Below, piece by piece: positions 21,476 through 32,941 of a stretch of 64,000 bases of DNA; within the stretch, counting starts at the first letter, position 1, and each line of letters starts with the position of its first letter. The notes under the pieces are model-generated. The model was not told the origin of the DNA, made no database searches, and saw nothing but the letters and a program-made list of their open reading frames with translations. The translations under genes were made by a program, and so were the position numbers. This stretch comes from a cyanobacterium endosymbiont of Rhopalodia gibba (GTDB lineage: Bacteria > Cyanobacteriota > Cyanobacteriia > Cyanobacteriales > Microcystaceae). The stretch spans positions 128,001 through 192,000 of the forward strand of contig CP067995.1 of the NCBI GenBank assembly GCA_045159875.1. The letters run 5' to 3'.

Positions 21476-22369
21476 CTAAATTAATCTATTGTCTATCGGT
21501 AAATATTTTTGGATTAATACCGCTAACTTTTCTTGAGTTTTCGGTGGAATCTTATCCCAAGGAGTCAACCCCGCATGTTCCAGAGCATTATGAGCTTTGG
21601 ATACTGGAGGATTTTTACTCAACCTTCTTACTGTCTCTACAATAACCTTTTGGGCATTGACAGCATTGTGGTTTAAATTGTCAATGACCATCTTAACGGT
21701 GACATGATCATGATCCGAATGCCAGCAATCATAATCCGTAACTAATGCTAGAGTGGCATAGGCAATTTCTGCTTCTCTAGTGAGTTTTGCTTCAGTTAAA
21801 TTAGTCATTCCAATGATAGACGCGCCCCAACTGCGATAGAGGTTGGACTCAGCAATGGTAGAAAAAGCTGGCCCTTCTATGCAAACATAGGTTCCCCCTC
21901 TGTGTAAGGTAGTGTCAGGTAAGTTAAGACTTTCCACCGCATCCCCTAACACAGCGGCTAATCGGTTACAAAAGGGATGGCCAAAACCGATATGAGTGAC
22001 CATTCCTTCCCCGAAAAAGGTAGAAATTCGGTTACGGGTGCAATCAATGAATTGATCAGGAATAATCAAATCACGGGGTTTAATTTCAGCTTTGAGTGAT
22101 CCTACAGCAGAAGCCGAGATAAGATATTCTACTCCTAATTGCTTCATGCCGTGGATATTTGCGCGAAAAGGCAATTCTGAGGGAATTAAATGATGATTTC
22201 GTCCATGACGGGCGAGAAAGGCTACAGGAGTTCCTTTAATAGTTCCTAAAATGTAAGCGTCGGAAGGGGAACCAAAGGGGGTATCAAGGTAGACTTCTTG
22301 GACATCTCGGAGAGCATCTATTTGGTATAAACCACTACCACCTAGGATACCTATTTTTGCTTTAATCAT
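21476..22369 (-). CDS. mtnP: S-methyl-5'-thioadenosine phosphorylase
   Basis: [26 protein letters not shown] and VTDYDCW motifs. Confidence 0.95.
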   Translation of the reverse strand: MIKAKIGILGGSGLYQIDALRDVQEVYLDTPFGSPSDAYILGTIKGTPVAFLARHGRNHHLIPSELPFRANIHGMKQLGVEYLISASAVGSLKAEIKPRDLIIPDQFIDCTRNRISTFFGEGMVTHIGFGHPFCNRLAAVLGDAVESLNLPDTTLHRGGTYVCIEGPAFSTIAESNLYRSWGASIIGMTNLTEAKLTREAEIAYATLALVTDYDCWHSDHDHVTVKMVIDNLNHNAVNAQKVIVETVRRLSKNPPVSKAHNALEHAGLTPWDKIPPKTQEKLAVLIQKYLPIDNRLI

Positions 22370-22487
22370 GATTTGCTTTAGAATTGATATGAGGACATCA
22401 TATCGTCTTTATAAGAAAAATATGGGGTAAGCAAAGTCCGAATTTTTAAAAGTCGGGGTAGTTTTTCTTTTCAAACAACATCTAATT

Positions 22488-24080
22488 TCAATTTGTTAGT
22501 GTCACTTGTGACTTCTGCTGAATTGCAGCATAAAGATGATTCAAGGCACTAATATAAGCTCGTGCCGAAGCAGTGATAATATCAGTATTGGCTGCATATC
22601 CTAAATAGATGCGATCTTCATGGCTTAAACGAATTGTAACCTCCCCTATGGCATCAATTCCAGCAGTAACGGATTTCACCGAAAACTCTATTAACTCATT
22701 GGGAACATTAACCACACGGTTAATAGCTTTGTAAATCGCATCTATAGGACCGGTCCCAATGGCTGCATCGGTTAATTCCTGACCATTCGGAGTCCTTATG
22801 GTAACAGTAGCTGTGGGGACTGCATGATCTCCACAGGATACCTGGACTAATTCTAAACGAAACAATTCGGGGGCTTGTCGAATTTCGTCGTTAATAATGG
22901 CTGCTAAGTCCCAGTCAGTAATTTTCTTCTTTTTATCGGCCACTTCTTTAAACCGTAAGAAAGCCTTATTAATCTCCGCCTCCGATAATTCAAACCCTAA
23001 TTCCTTCAAACAACTACGGAAAGCATTACGTCCTGATAACTTGCCTAAGACAATTTGATTGTGGGTTAACCCGATGGATTCTGCATCCATAATCTCATAG
23101 GTTAACTTGTGTTTGAGTACCCCATCTTGATGGATTCCCGACTCATGGGCAAAAGCATTAGTTCCCACAATTGCCTTATTAGGTTGTACTATCATTCCAG
23201 TTAGTCGGGAGACGAGACGAGATGTGCGGTAAATTTCTTTCGTGTGAATCTGGGTCAGAGGTTCAGTCGAGTCAGGGGAACGACCGAAGAAGGGATTAAA
23301 ATATTGACGGCGCACGTGCAAAGCCATCACTAATTCTTCTAATGCAGCATTACCAGCTCGTTCTCCAATCCCATTAATGGTACATTCAAGCTGTCTAGCT
23401 CCATTCTTAACTGCTTCGAGAAAATTAGCTACTGCTAACCCTAGATCATTGTGTCCGTGAACAGAGATAACAGCCTGCTCAATATTAGGGACGTTTTCTC
23501 TAATACCGCCAATTAATGCACCAAATTCACTCGGAGTTGTATAACCGACTGTATCAGGGATATTAAGGGTAGTTGCACCGGCTGAGATCGCTTCTTTGAG
23601 GACTTGATACAAAAATTCAGGGTCACTTCGGACTGCATCTTCGGGAGAAAATTCCACATCATCCACAAAGGTTTTAGCGTAAGCTACCATTTCAGGAACA
23701 ATAGCTAAAACTTCCTGGCGGGTTTTTTTAAGTTTATATTCGAGGTGAATATCTGAGGTAGCTAGAAAAGTATGTATACGAGCTTTTACAGCCGGTTTAA
23801 GAGCTTCCCCAGCTGCTTGAATATCCTTCTTGGTTGCTCTGGCTAATCCACAGATAGTAGGTCCAGTTTTGGTTCCCACAGTTTGGGCAATTTTTTTAAC
23901 TGCTTCAAAGTCCCCCGGACTAGCATAGGGAAATCCGGCTTCAATGATGTCAACTCCAAGTCGTGCGAGTGCTCGAGCGATGGTTAGTTTTTCTTCAACC
24001 GTTAAACTTGCGCCGGGGGATTGTTCTCCATCTCGTAGAGTTGTGTCGAAAATAATAATCCGGTCAGAGTGATTACTCAT
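22488..24080 (-). CDS. leuA: 2-isopropylmalate synthase
   Basis: [23 protein letters not shown] and HESGIHQDG motifs plus regulatory domain. Confidence 0.96.
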   Translation of the reverse strand: MSNHSDRIIIFDTTLRDGEQSPGASLTVEEKLTIARALARLGVDIIEAGFPYASPGDFEAVKKIAQTVGTKTGPTICGLARATKKDIQAAGEALKPAVKARIHTFLATSDIHLEYKLKKTRQEVLAIVPEMVAYAKTFVDDVEFSPEDAVRSDPEFLYQVLKEAISAGATTLNIPDTVGYTTPSEFGALIGGIRENVPNIEQAVISVHGHNDLGLAVANFLEAVKNGARQLECTINGIGERAGNAALEELVMALHVRRQYFNPFFGRSPDSTEPLTQIHTKEIYRTSRLVSRLTGMIVQPNKAIVGTNAFAHESGIHQDGVLKHKLTYEIMDAESIGLTHNQIVLGKLSGRNAFRSCLKELGFELSEAEINKAFLRFKEVADKKKKITDWDLAAIINDEIRQAPELFRLELVQVSCGDHAVPTATVTIRTPNGQELTDAAIGTGPIDAIYKAINRVVNVPNELIEFSVKSVTAGIDAIGEVTIRLSHEDRIYLGYAANTDIITASARAYISALNHLYAAIQQKSQVTLTN

Positions 24081-25972
24081 AGCCCAACTCGCACTAACTT
24101 ACTTATCAAGGATATTGTCTATTTCAGTGTCTTCTGAGATTATAGCAATTTTATCTGTATTCTAAGCTATAGATTTTCTTAGGTCTAAGACTCCCGATAT
24201 TTCAGTCGTTTTTTTAATCTTTAAATCGATCAAAACTAAACTATATACGATTTCCATACTATTTCTATCTACTTCTGTGAAAATGATGTGAATATCAAAA
24301 CGGCTTTGACAAATATCAACTGTGAGCTTGATGGTGGCTGCTGATATCAGTCTACCCTATTCCTCCATAACCCTAGCTCAAGACTTCTATCGTTCCCAAT
24401 TCTATTGTCAAGGTTATGCTAAAGACTATGCTAATCGCCATTCTAGTTTTTGTGGCAGAGGTGCTAGAGGGGCGATTCATTGTAGCTGATTTTGAGATTA
24501 TTATATCTGTTATAAACATGCTTTTTATACTTGTATCAAAGGAAAATCTCTAATAATAATTTTTTAAATAAAATTTAAAAAATTAGTTAATTAATTTAAA
24601 ATAAATTAGGCTTTTATTAAAAATTTTATTGACTATCTATAGCTATGATTGACTTTGAAGCCAGTTCTGTTCAGGATTCAGGACTGCCAGAAGAAACTAT
24701 GGTAAATCTCAGTAAAATTAGTTTATGTTTTCTTCTGAAAGTACGAGAATAAGACATAAATTTGAAATGATTTTTTTTTGAAAGTTTAATGAGTGCTAAA
24801 AAAAATTAACTGATTATAATAGATAGGATTAAGTCAAGAAAACCAACTAAAGAATAATTGATTACTGTATTGATAATAAATACTAGAGTGATTTTAAATT
24901 AACACTCTAGAGAAGTATCATCAAGGCAAATTTATAAATCTATTTTCTAATGAAGTAGAGATGATGTCTTTTCCTTTTTCGAGTGATTTATTTCATCTCC
25001 GTTAAGATGTTCTTGTAGTTTTTTACACAACATCTGTTATCTTCTTCTGAAGTCTACTTTTACTTAGCATTTTTTCCTTCCTGTATTATTTATTTCCTCC
25101 TTTATGGCGTGTATATTTACCTCTTTTTACTTTTTAAACTATTGTATTTAGGTTAAAGTTGAGCTAATGATTATGAATAATACAAATATTAATTTTTAGT
25201 TTTTATTTATAACAAAATAATAGAAAATTAATTGCTATAATAGCACAAGTAGACAAAAAATATTTCTTAAAGCCTATTTTTATAACAAAAATAATAATCG
25301 AGATAATCATACATATTTTAGTTTTTTTAAAACTATACAAAAATGTTGTAAACAAAATACCGCCACAAACTGAAGTAGTTTTAGATAAATTTTATGCGAT
25401 TAAAGAAGTAACTAATTAATTAAATAATTAAAAAAAATTTAAAATTAAAAGTTAAAGATATCAAAAGTACTAGTTAAAAAATATTCTGGTGTGCCTAAGC
25501 TAAGCAAGAGCAGATATATTTTGCATAAAAATGAAAGAGATTTAAGTAAAAAATAAAAAGTTAAATAAAACAGAGTATATAGAACGTTGCCAGTTCCCTT
25601 AAAAAATCTACTGATTTAAAGAGGGATATAAAACGATTTTTTAAAAAACTCCAGACTAGATATAATGACTATTGTAACTAGCTGATTAGAACCAAAAACT
25701 AATTTGCTAGAGCTGTATAACAACTGGGTAGCGTGCAATAAAATAAATTCTTACCTATTGTAGCCAAGGAATAGTAGAAAATGAAAATATTAATAACAAA
25801 TTGAAGTTAATTAGAAAGAGATATTATAGATTCATAAATCTCGTCTCTAATTTTTTAAAAATTAGCGGTTTACTAGCTAGTTTTACATTTTTTTTAAATA
25901 AAACTAAAAAACAAAGTATAAAAGGGATAAACTTTAATTTTAGCAATATGGAATATTACCAGGTTCCAATAA

Positions 25973-26383
25973 TTAAGACTCCTTTTTATTAAGTTTAATT
26001 CGTTCTTGAGTTAGGACAAACTGACGTAATTTCAGTAAATCAAAAGTCTGTCCTAATTTAAGAGGTAAAAGAGAAATTCCTTCTAATCTAGATTGCACCC
26101 AACCATCGCCCCAAACCCATTCATGATAACCATCAATTCCTTGACTTAGTAGTAATCGCAAGCTATTTTTATTAGCGATTTCTACTTGATGGTGGATGGA
26201 AACGAATCCCAGCCAACTAGTAAAGACTATCCCTGCTTCTAAGGTATCAGGAAGTTCAGAAGATAGGGTTTGAGGAATGAGCCATTTACGGAGATTTTTC
26301 GTTTTTAGTAAACTATTCCCAATAGTACTTTCATTAACATCAACAGCGATGCGTAAATGACTTTCTTGAAAATTTCCCAGCAT
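25973..26383 (-). CDS. Conserved cyanobacterial hypothetical protein
   Basis: Intact 136-aa ORF with GIDGYHEW.WGDGWVQSRLEGISLLPL. Confidence 0.7.
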   Translation of the reverse strand: MLGNFQESHLRIAVDVNESTIGNSLLKTKNLRKWLIPQTLSSELPDTLEAGIVFTSWLGFVSIHHQVEIANKNSLRLLLSQGIDGYHEWVWGDGWVQSRLEGISLLPLKLGQTFDLLKLRQFVLTQERIKLNKKES

Positions 26384-26449
26384 ATGAATTAAGTTAATAG
26401 TTGGACAAAGATGAAGCTACCCGCGAGTTAGGAGAATAATCAACCAATA

Positions 26450-27370
26450 ATTCTTTAGTAGAATTTGACCCCCTTAAACGCTTCTAGTTTAGCATTAGCT
26501 GTTTCCTGATAATTTTAGTGGATAGGAAAACCTTGACCAGAGTTAGCGAAATTATTTAGGATTAGATGCTTCTTGGCACATCTATCGCGTAATTTCTAAA
26601 GCAGTTTGATTAAATATGACATATAACAGTTTTTATAGGTTCCAATACCGTGTTTTCCTCATCAACTTCCTTCAGACTTCACACATTAAGGATTTCTTCC
26701 CCTAATTCTTCTACCTCTTTTCATGCTCCTGCTACAGCATTATCATCAAGAATTGATAGATGTAAGTTGCTATCTTCAGTATGAAAAACATGAGCAATTT
26801 AATAATCCTTATTTTTTCCTGGTTGACCAATTTATCCCAAAATTTTTGCCAATTTAGTCCGAAAAATTTCCCTATCTTGAACAAGATAACTAGGATTAAT
26901 CCTAGTTATTGTAGCAAAGACTACTTTTTGTCCTCTCCAAAATTTTAGACTGCTTTCTACATTATTTAGCTAGTGAAGGTTATTTCCTTAGCTCCATCTT
27001 TCCGACAAATTTAGACGATAAATTCTTTATTCACAACAGATTCTACGTTTAGCCTATTTAGTTCCACTAACAAAATCACTTCAACATCCCTGGGACAATA
27101 GTTAGTGGCTAATCTATCGTTCTATCGCATTAATATAAAGGTTATTCATAATAATAATTTCTATACCGGCTGAAATAATGTCTGCACTAATATTGAGGCT
27201 ACTGCTTGTCCAGCAGCCTCAATATTAGTAAAGTCGGCCAATAAAACACAAATTGCTTCTGGGGTCTTCAAAATGTGTAAACTGATTTCAGTAGCAATCC
27301 ATAATGTACCTTCAGTCCCAACAAATGAATCCGTTAATTTATTCCCAGGCATTTCGGGAACAGTATTCTT
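26450..27370 (-). pseudogene. glcD: Glycolate dehydrogenase subunit GlcD pseudogene (C-terminal part only)
   Basis: PEMPGNKLTDSFVGTEGTLWIATEISLHILKTPEAICVLLADF resembles [27 protein letters not shown]; frameshifts and stops downstream. Confidence 0.85.
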
Positions 27371-27595
27371 ACTTTTGTATAAATTTTAGGACGTGAGCAT
27401 AGACACAATAGATAACGAAATAAAAAGTAACAACTTTTGACCATTTAATTCATTTTGGGAACATTAAACCAGTCATCAACGTTCTCTATAGAGGGTAATG
27501 ATTGAATTTACTTATCAAAAAAAGTAAACCCTTCCTTATTGACAAATAGGGTGTATTCTTTAAATGTGAGTGTGTTGTGTGAGGAAATAGACAAG

Positions 27596-29053
27596 ATGGT
27601 AAGTTCCCTATCTCGTAATGGAAACAGTTTGATGGACCGTGTCAGTGCCACCATAAACCCAGGTTTCCTGGGACAATTTGCCCATCTCCCCAATAGCTCC
27701 TTATTTGGAACCGATGGCATTCGTGGTAAGGCAGGTGACTTGTTAACCGCCTCTTTTGTCCTTCAACTTGGATTTCGGGCAGGACAAGTTTTAAAAATGA
27801 ATCGGGTAACTTTAGGCCCGGTGATTATTGGGCAAGATTCCCGAAACTCTAGCGATATGTTGGCCATGGCTATGGCTGCTGGGTTGACTTCTGCCGGGCT
27901 AGAAGTCTGGCAATTAGGTTTGTGTCCTACTCCTTGTGTTTCTTACCTGACACGCACCAGTGACGCGATGGGTGGAATTATGATCTCTGCAAGCCATAAC
28001 CCCCCTGAGGATAATGGAATTAAATTCTTTAACCATGAAGGAACAAAACTAAGTCAAACGTTAACACAACAGATTGAAAAAGAGTTACGAGGTAATCTCT
28101 CCTTATCATTAGATAATCCTCGAGAATGGGGAAAAACCTACTATCAGCCTGGTTTAGTGGATAAGTATTGCCAATTTTTACAGGGTGCTCTCCCGCAAAA
28201 TCTAGATTTACAGGGAATGCGAGTAGTTTTAGATTTGGCTTGGGGAGCCTCGGTGAATGTAGCAGTTCAGGCTTTTAAATCATTGGGGGCGCAGGTAATA
28301 TGTTTACACGATTACCCTAATGGTGATTGCATTAATGTTAATTGTGGCTCAACCCATCTTGATTTACTTAAACAGGCAATCAAGAAACATCAAGCTGATT
28401 TAGGATTTGCTTTTGATGGAGATGCAGATAGGGTAATGGCTGTCGATGGTCAAGGAAGGGTAGTTGATGGTGACTATATTCTATATCTGTGGGGAAAATA
28501 TCTTCTTCAAAAAGGCAAACTGCCTAATAATCTTTTAGTGGGAACGGTAATGGCTAACCTAGGATTTGAAAGAGCTTGGGAAAACTTAGGGGGTCAATTT
28601 ATGCGGACATCCGTGGGTGATCGCTATGTTCAAGCTAAAATGTGGGAAACTGGAGCGATGCTTGGGGGTGAACAGTCAGGCCACATCATTTGTCATCATT
28701 ATGGCGTGTCTGGAGATGGAGTACAAACTGCCCTTCACTTAGCAGCTTTAGTTCGTCAGTCTGAGGAGTCTTTAGCCACCCTAGTAGATAACAGTTTTCA
28801 AACCTATCCCCAAATTTTACGTAATGTTCGTGTGGAGAACCGCGATCAGCGTCACTCTTGGCAAGAATGTATTCCTTTAAGAGAAGCCATCACCCAAGCA
28901 GAAATAGGGATGGGAAATGCTGGTCGGGTTTTAGTTCGAGCTTCTGGGACGGAACCCTTAATTAGAGTCATGGTAGAGTCAGTAAGTGCTAAAGATGCTC
29001 ATGAGTGGGTTGAATATTTAGTGAAAGTTGTTGAGCGATATTTAGTAAATTAA
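27596..29053 (+). CDS. glmM: Phosphoglucosamine mutase (ATG 27596 preferred over TTG 27539)
   Basis: [28 protein letters not shown] and RASGTEP motifs. Confidence 0.95.
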   Translation: MVSSLSRNGNSLMDRVSATINPGFLGQFAHLPNSSLFGTDGIRGKAGDLLTASFVLQLGFRAGQVLKMNRVTLGPVIIGQDSRNSSDMLAMAMAAGLTSAGLEVWQLGLCPTPCVSYLTRTSDAMGGIMISASHNPPEDNGIKFFNHEGTKLSQTLTQQIEKELRGNLSLSLDNPREWGKTYYQPGLVDKYCQFLQGALPQNLDLQGMRVVLDLAWGASVNVAVQAFKSLGAQVICLHDYPNGDCINVNCGSTHLDLLKQAIKKHQADLGFAFDGDADRVMAVDGQGRVVDGDYILYLWGKYLLQKGKLPNNLLVGTVMANLGFERAWENLGGQFMRTSVGDRYVQAKMWETGAMLGGEQSGHIICHHYGVSGDGVQTALHLAALVRQSEESLATLVDNSFQTYPQILRNVRVENRDQRHSWQECIPLREAITQAEIGMGNAGRVLVRASGTEPLIRVMVESVSAKDAHEWVEYLVKVVERYLVN

Positions 29054-29179
29054 TAGGTCGACCACGTATAACTTAAGAATCCCAGTGTGATTAGTTTGCA
29101 CAGTGACTAAAGCTCTTAAAAATAAAGTCCACCACTTTTAGGGGAGTCTCCATTCTGAATGTTTTTTTGTACATTGGAG

Positions 29180-29520
29180 TTCACATTTGCTTATTTGCAT
29201 TTGTAGTGTTTTGAGTACGATAAAGTCTAGCTTTAAATGCGATACGTATTTCGTTAAAGTCTTAATCAAGTTTTTTCTCAACTAGAGACTCGTCCATAAT
29301 ATACATAAATAATTACTTGTGTGCCCAAAATTTCACACACAGTAAAAATTAAATAAGATTCAATTCATTGAAATCTATCCTGATGCGTGAGAATTATACG
29401 CTTAACCTGCTTGCTATAAATTAGCTTATTTAGACCTATTAATCTCAGAAATATTTTGGATAACTTAACAATTTCAATAATTTTAAAAGTGAGATTTTTG
29501 TACCTTTATGACTTGAGTCG
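29180..29520 (-). mobile_element. IS607-family serine recombinase (TnpA) relic
   Basis: GLNKLIYSKQVKRIILTHQDRF..LIFTVCEILGTQVII and EKKLD*DFNEIRIAFKARLY, resembling THKDRL..ELVEDxxEIITVFSARLYG. Confidence 0.7.
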
Positions 29521-29899
29521 CTCAATCTTCTGGTAGCTGGTTTCTACATAAATCCTTGAATAAACAATCAACAGTCGTTGGTTTAGAACTGCTTTGAGTC
29601 CTCAATAATTTGTTGACATCAAATCTGTACTAGCCACTAGCTGTACTAATAGACTTAGTCTTAATCTTACTGGTCTCAACATCTTAGTACTAATGGCTAA
29701 AAGTTTAGCAGCTTCCTAAATTTAAATAAGATAGTTTTTTATAGTTGTTTATTTAACCATACAATACTTGAGATTAGTAAATACTTTCAGAACAAGTAGG
29801 AGTTATGTATTGTCTGGAATAAATAAATCACTTACTATATAGTTCACTAACTGAGAAATGTTCAATAATAACCAAATATTGAAAAAATAAAAAGGTTAA

Positions 29900-30915
29900 A
29901 CTGTAGCTAAAATATTTACAAAGAAAATCATTGTTAACTTGAATAGATAATCTCATTTAATTTAAAAACTCATTATTAATTAAGTCTTTAGCTTCCATTG
30001 ATTAGAACTTGATAAAAATTTTTGAAGAACCCAAACAGTAATCATAATTGCCTTATATTTTATGAGTATAATATAAAATTATTGATTACACCTAATTATT
30101 TTAGGATCTGGCGGTAACATTTAATAGCCTAATAAGTTGTTCTTAATCTTTCAAAAACTATACTTTTCTTGAATCTTAATTATATTGTTTAAATGGAATA
30201 TATAATTTAATCATATAAGTGATTTTTTTAAAAAAAATTTGATTTTCTTAGATTATCTAAAATAAATAATTTTACTATTTTTCTCTATATCTAATATTTA
30301 ACACAACTGGCACTCTTTTTCTTTGATTACGACTCATCTACTTTTAGCTATTCTTATTAGTCAATTTAATTACTATTTTCTAATCAACCTAAAGTTTTTT
30401 TTAGAAAGAAATCAACTATTTTAGAGCACATGAATTAGATAAAGAGTTGAAACTAAAACTTATGATACAATAAGTTCAAAATACTAATTTTTTTAAAAAT
30501 TACCTTCTCTTTTATTAAATGAACCTCTAAATTTAGAGTAAATAAGACTCAAAACTATTCGGAATAAAATAAAGCAATTATACTAATTGATATAATAGTT
30601 TTATATTTATTTTATAATTGAGAATAGCTAACAATTTACCTTAGGTATACATTACTGTAAAGTATTTGAATGACTGTATTGTCTACACTTAAAAACCTAT
30701 AAAATGAATATCTTGTTTGACTTAATTTAATAAACTAACAGACTTATAACTTTACTCTTAGTCAGAAACAGTTCATGCTGTCATGAGACAAATCGTCAAA
30801 CATTTCGGACAGACTATCACAACTCAGATATTGGTTTTAAGAAATAAAATCCCAAGTACATAGCTCTAAATGAGACTTATCCGTTAATTTTTTTGTGAAA
30901 GTTCTGATAGCTGTA
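29900..30915 (-). mobile_element. IS701-family transposase relic, near full length but heavily decayed
   Basis: CDSLSEMFDDLSHDSMNCF (cf. LSHDSVNRFL), LSVDNTVI (cf. LSVDDTVI), KREG..KN*YF (cf. KEGKTKNDYF). Confidence 0.7.
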
Positions 30916-31264
30916 TCCTGTCTTGACTTTCTCCTCTATTCTAACAGTTTTACGCTCTCGATTTTTGGTAATTGTTTTATGTTCTGTTTTCAGAAATCTC
31001 ATATATAAGTTTATCTGTCAATACATAACTCATAACAATCTTAAAACAATTGCCTTCAGAAAAACGATAAATAGTTAGATATCGATAAACAAAATGCTTT
31101 ATCTTAAGAGAGATAACTAAAAAACTGAAAGCTGTTGTTATTCCAAATTACCTTGACTTATGTTCAACTTTGAATAGTGTGCGATTACTTGGTCTCGTAC
31201 TCTTATGTATATCCTTCTTCTTAACTTCACTCTTAACTAACAATTTTAACAATTAATAATACCA

Positions 31265-32269
31265 ATGAGAACACTCTATTTTTTAGTTCCAGGGACGGGG
31301 GATAAATTTGCTTGTGGCGGGCTATGGGCTGAATTAAAGACCTTTAACCTAGCGCAACAAATTTGCAAATCACAAGTGGTTACCTATCGTCAACGAGAAC
31401 CAGAAACATTATTTCTTGATGATATTGTCCCAGCAAAATCTCTTGAAGATGTTATTTTTGTAATAAGTTGGGGTTTTGATGTTCCTAGTTTAGCGAACAA
31501 ATTGAAGAATTACCACATTGTTTATCATGCTCATAGTGCCGGGTATAATTTTATATTACCGCCAAGTATTCCCATCATAACAGTTAGTCGTAATACCATG
31601 GGTTATTGGGGGCAAAAAGCTCCTAATTCTTTGATTTATTATTTACCCAATCAAATTTCTAATGAGTTTACTAACTTACATATTGAACGGGATATTGATG
31701 TTTTAGTTCAAGTCAGAAAATCCTCGGAATATTTAATTAAACAGTTAGTTCCTGAGTTGAAAAAACATTGTAAAGTTTTTGTCCTTGATTCTTATGTTGA
31801 AGATTTGGGTCAGTTGTTTAATCGGACAAAAGTGTATCTTTATGATTCAGCAGAATATTGGGCACAACAAGGAATAAGTGAAGGGTTTGGATTACAGCCA
31901 CTGGAAGCCTTAGCTTGTGGTTGTCAGGTATTTTCGAGTGTTAATGGTGGATTATCCGATTATTTAGATCCTGGTTTTAATTGTTATAAAATTGCAGGAT
32001 ATTCAAGGATTTATGATGTGCAAAGGATTCTAAAGTCCATTAATTCTTCAGATAAGATGATTTTGTTAGAACAGATATTATCTGAATATCGAGCAGAAAA
32101 TATTATTAAGCGATTAGCATTAATTTTAGAGGATATCAATTTATTTTTTGACAGCAAGATTCAGTATAGTAATGATATTCAAAATTTAACTAAGTTAAAA
32201 GTTACTAAATTATTTGTTAAAAGAGTTTGGAAGAAGATAAAAAAATATAAAAATAACATTGATTCTTAG
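31265..32269 (+). CDS. GT-B fold glycosyltransferase (GT4-like)
   Basis: SEGFGLQPLEALACG (EX7E) motif. Confidence 0.85.
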   Translation: MRTLYFLVPGTGDKFACGGLWAELKTFNLAQQICKSQVVTYRQREPETLFLDDIVPAKSLEDVIFVISWGFDVPSLANKLKNYHIVYHAHSAGYNFILPPSIPIITVSRNTMGYWGQKAPNSLIYYLPNQISNEFTNLHIERDIDVLVQVRKSSEYLIKQLVPELKKHCKVFVLDSYVEDLGQLFNRTKVYLYDSAEYWAQQGISEGFGLQPLEALACGCQVFSSVNGGLSDYLDPGFNCYKIAGYSRIYDVQRILKSINSSDKMILLEQILSEYRAENIIKRLALILEDINLFFDSKIQYSNDIQNLTKLKVTKLFVKRVWKKIKKYKNNIDS

Positions 32270-32941
32270 AAGAATTAATATTATTTTTATACGATTATCG
32301 TATTTTATGCAATAATCATTTTTTGTATAGCCAAACTAATTATTCCTGTTTTTATTGTTGATGAATGAATGCTTGTAAGTTCCAGCTTGATTCTATTACT
32401 GCTACTTATACAAGTCAATAGTTTTTATATGCTATTTTTTTAGATTAAATAGATTGAGTCACTTTAAACCATTTATTTGTTTGGCTTTGGGTTAGTTCTT
32501 AAATTTTTAGGAATTTATTTAGATGTTTTTACTTTTCTATATAGATCAACCTTGGTCATTTTTATTACTTCAAGGCTTTAACACTCTTTATCCTCAAAAA
32601 ATCTATAAATATAGAATAGAGTGGAGAGATCAATAAAACGTCTAAAAATATTTAGATTTACTATTTCTAGGTTTAGCAATTTTTTAGAGAAAAAGCACAA
32701 CTTTTAGTGTTTTTTTGTATAAAAAACTCTACAATAATTCAAGTTCCTTTAAATACAAAACCTAAATTATTGAACTTAGAACTATAGCTTTCTGGAAAAC
32801 CTAGCTAGTAACGATAAAAAAAGTTTTGATAATTACTATCAAATAGTTATTTGATGAGCAAGTTTAAAAAATATATTAGTGTAGTCTAAAAAACTAGATA
32901 ATTTATTAGTTATATCTTAATTTTGATTGATCTGAATCAAT

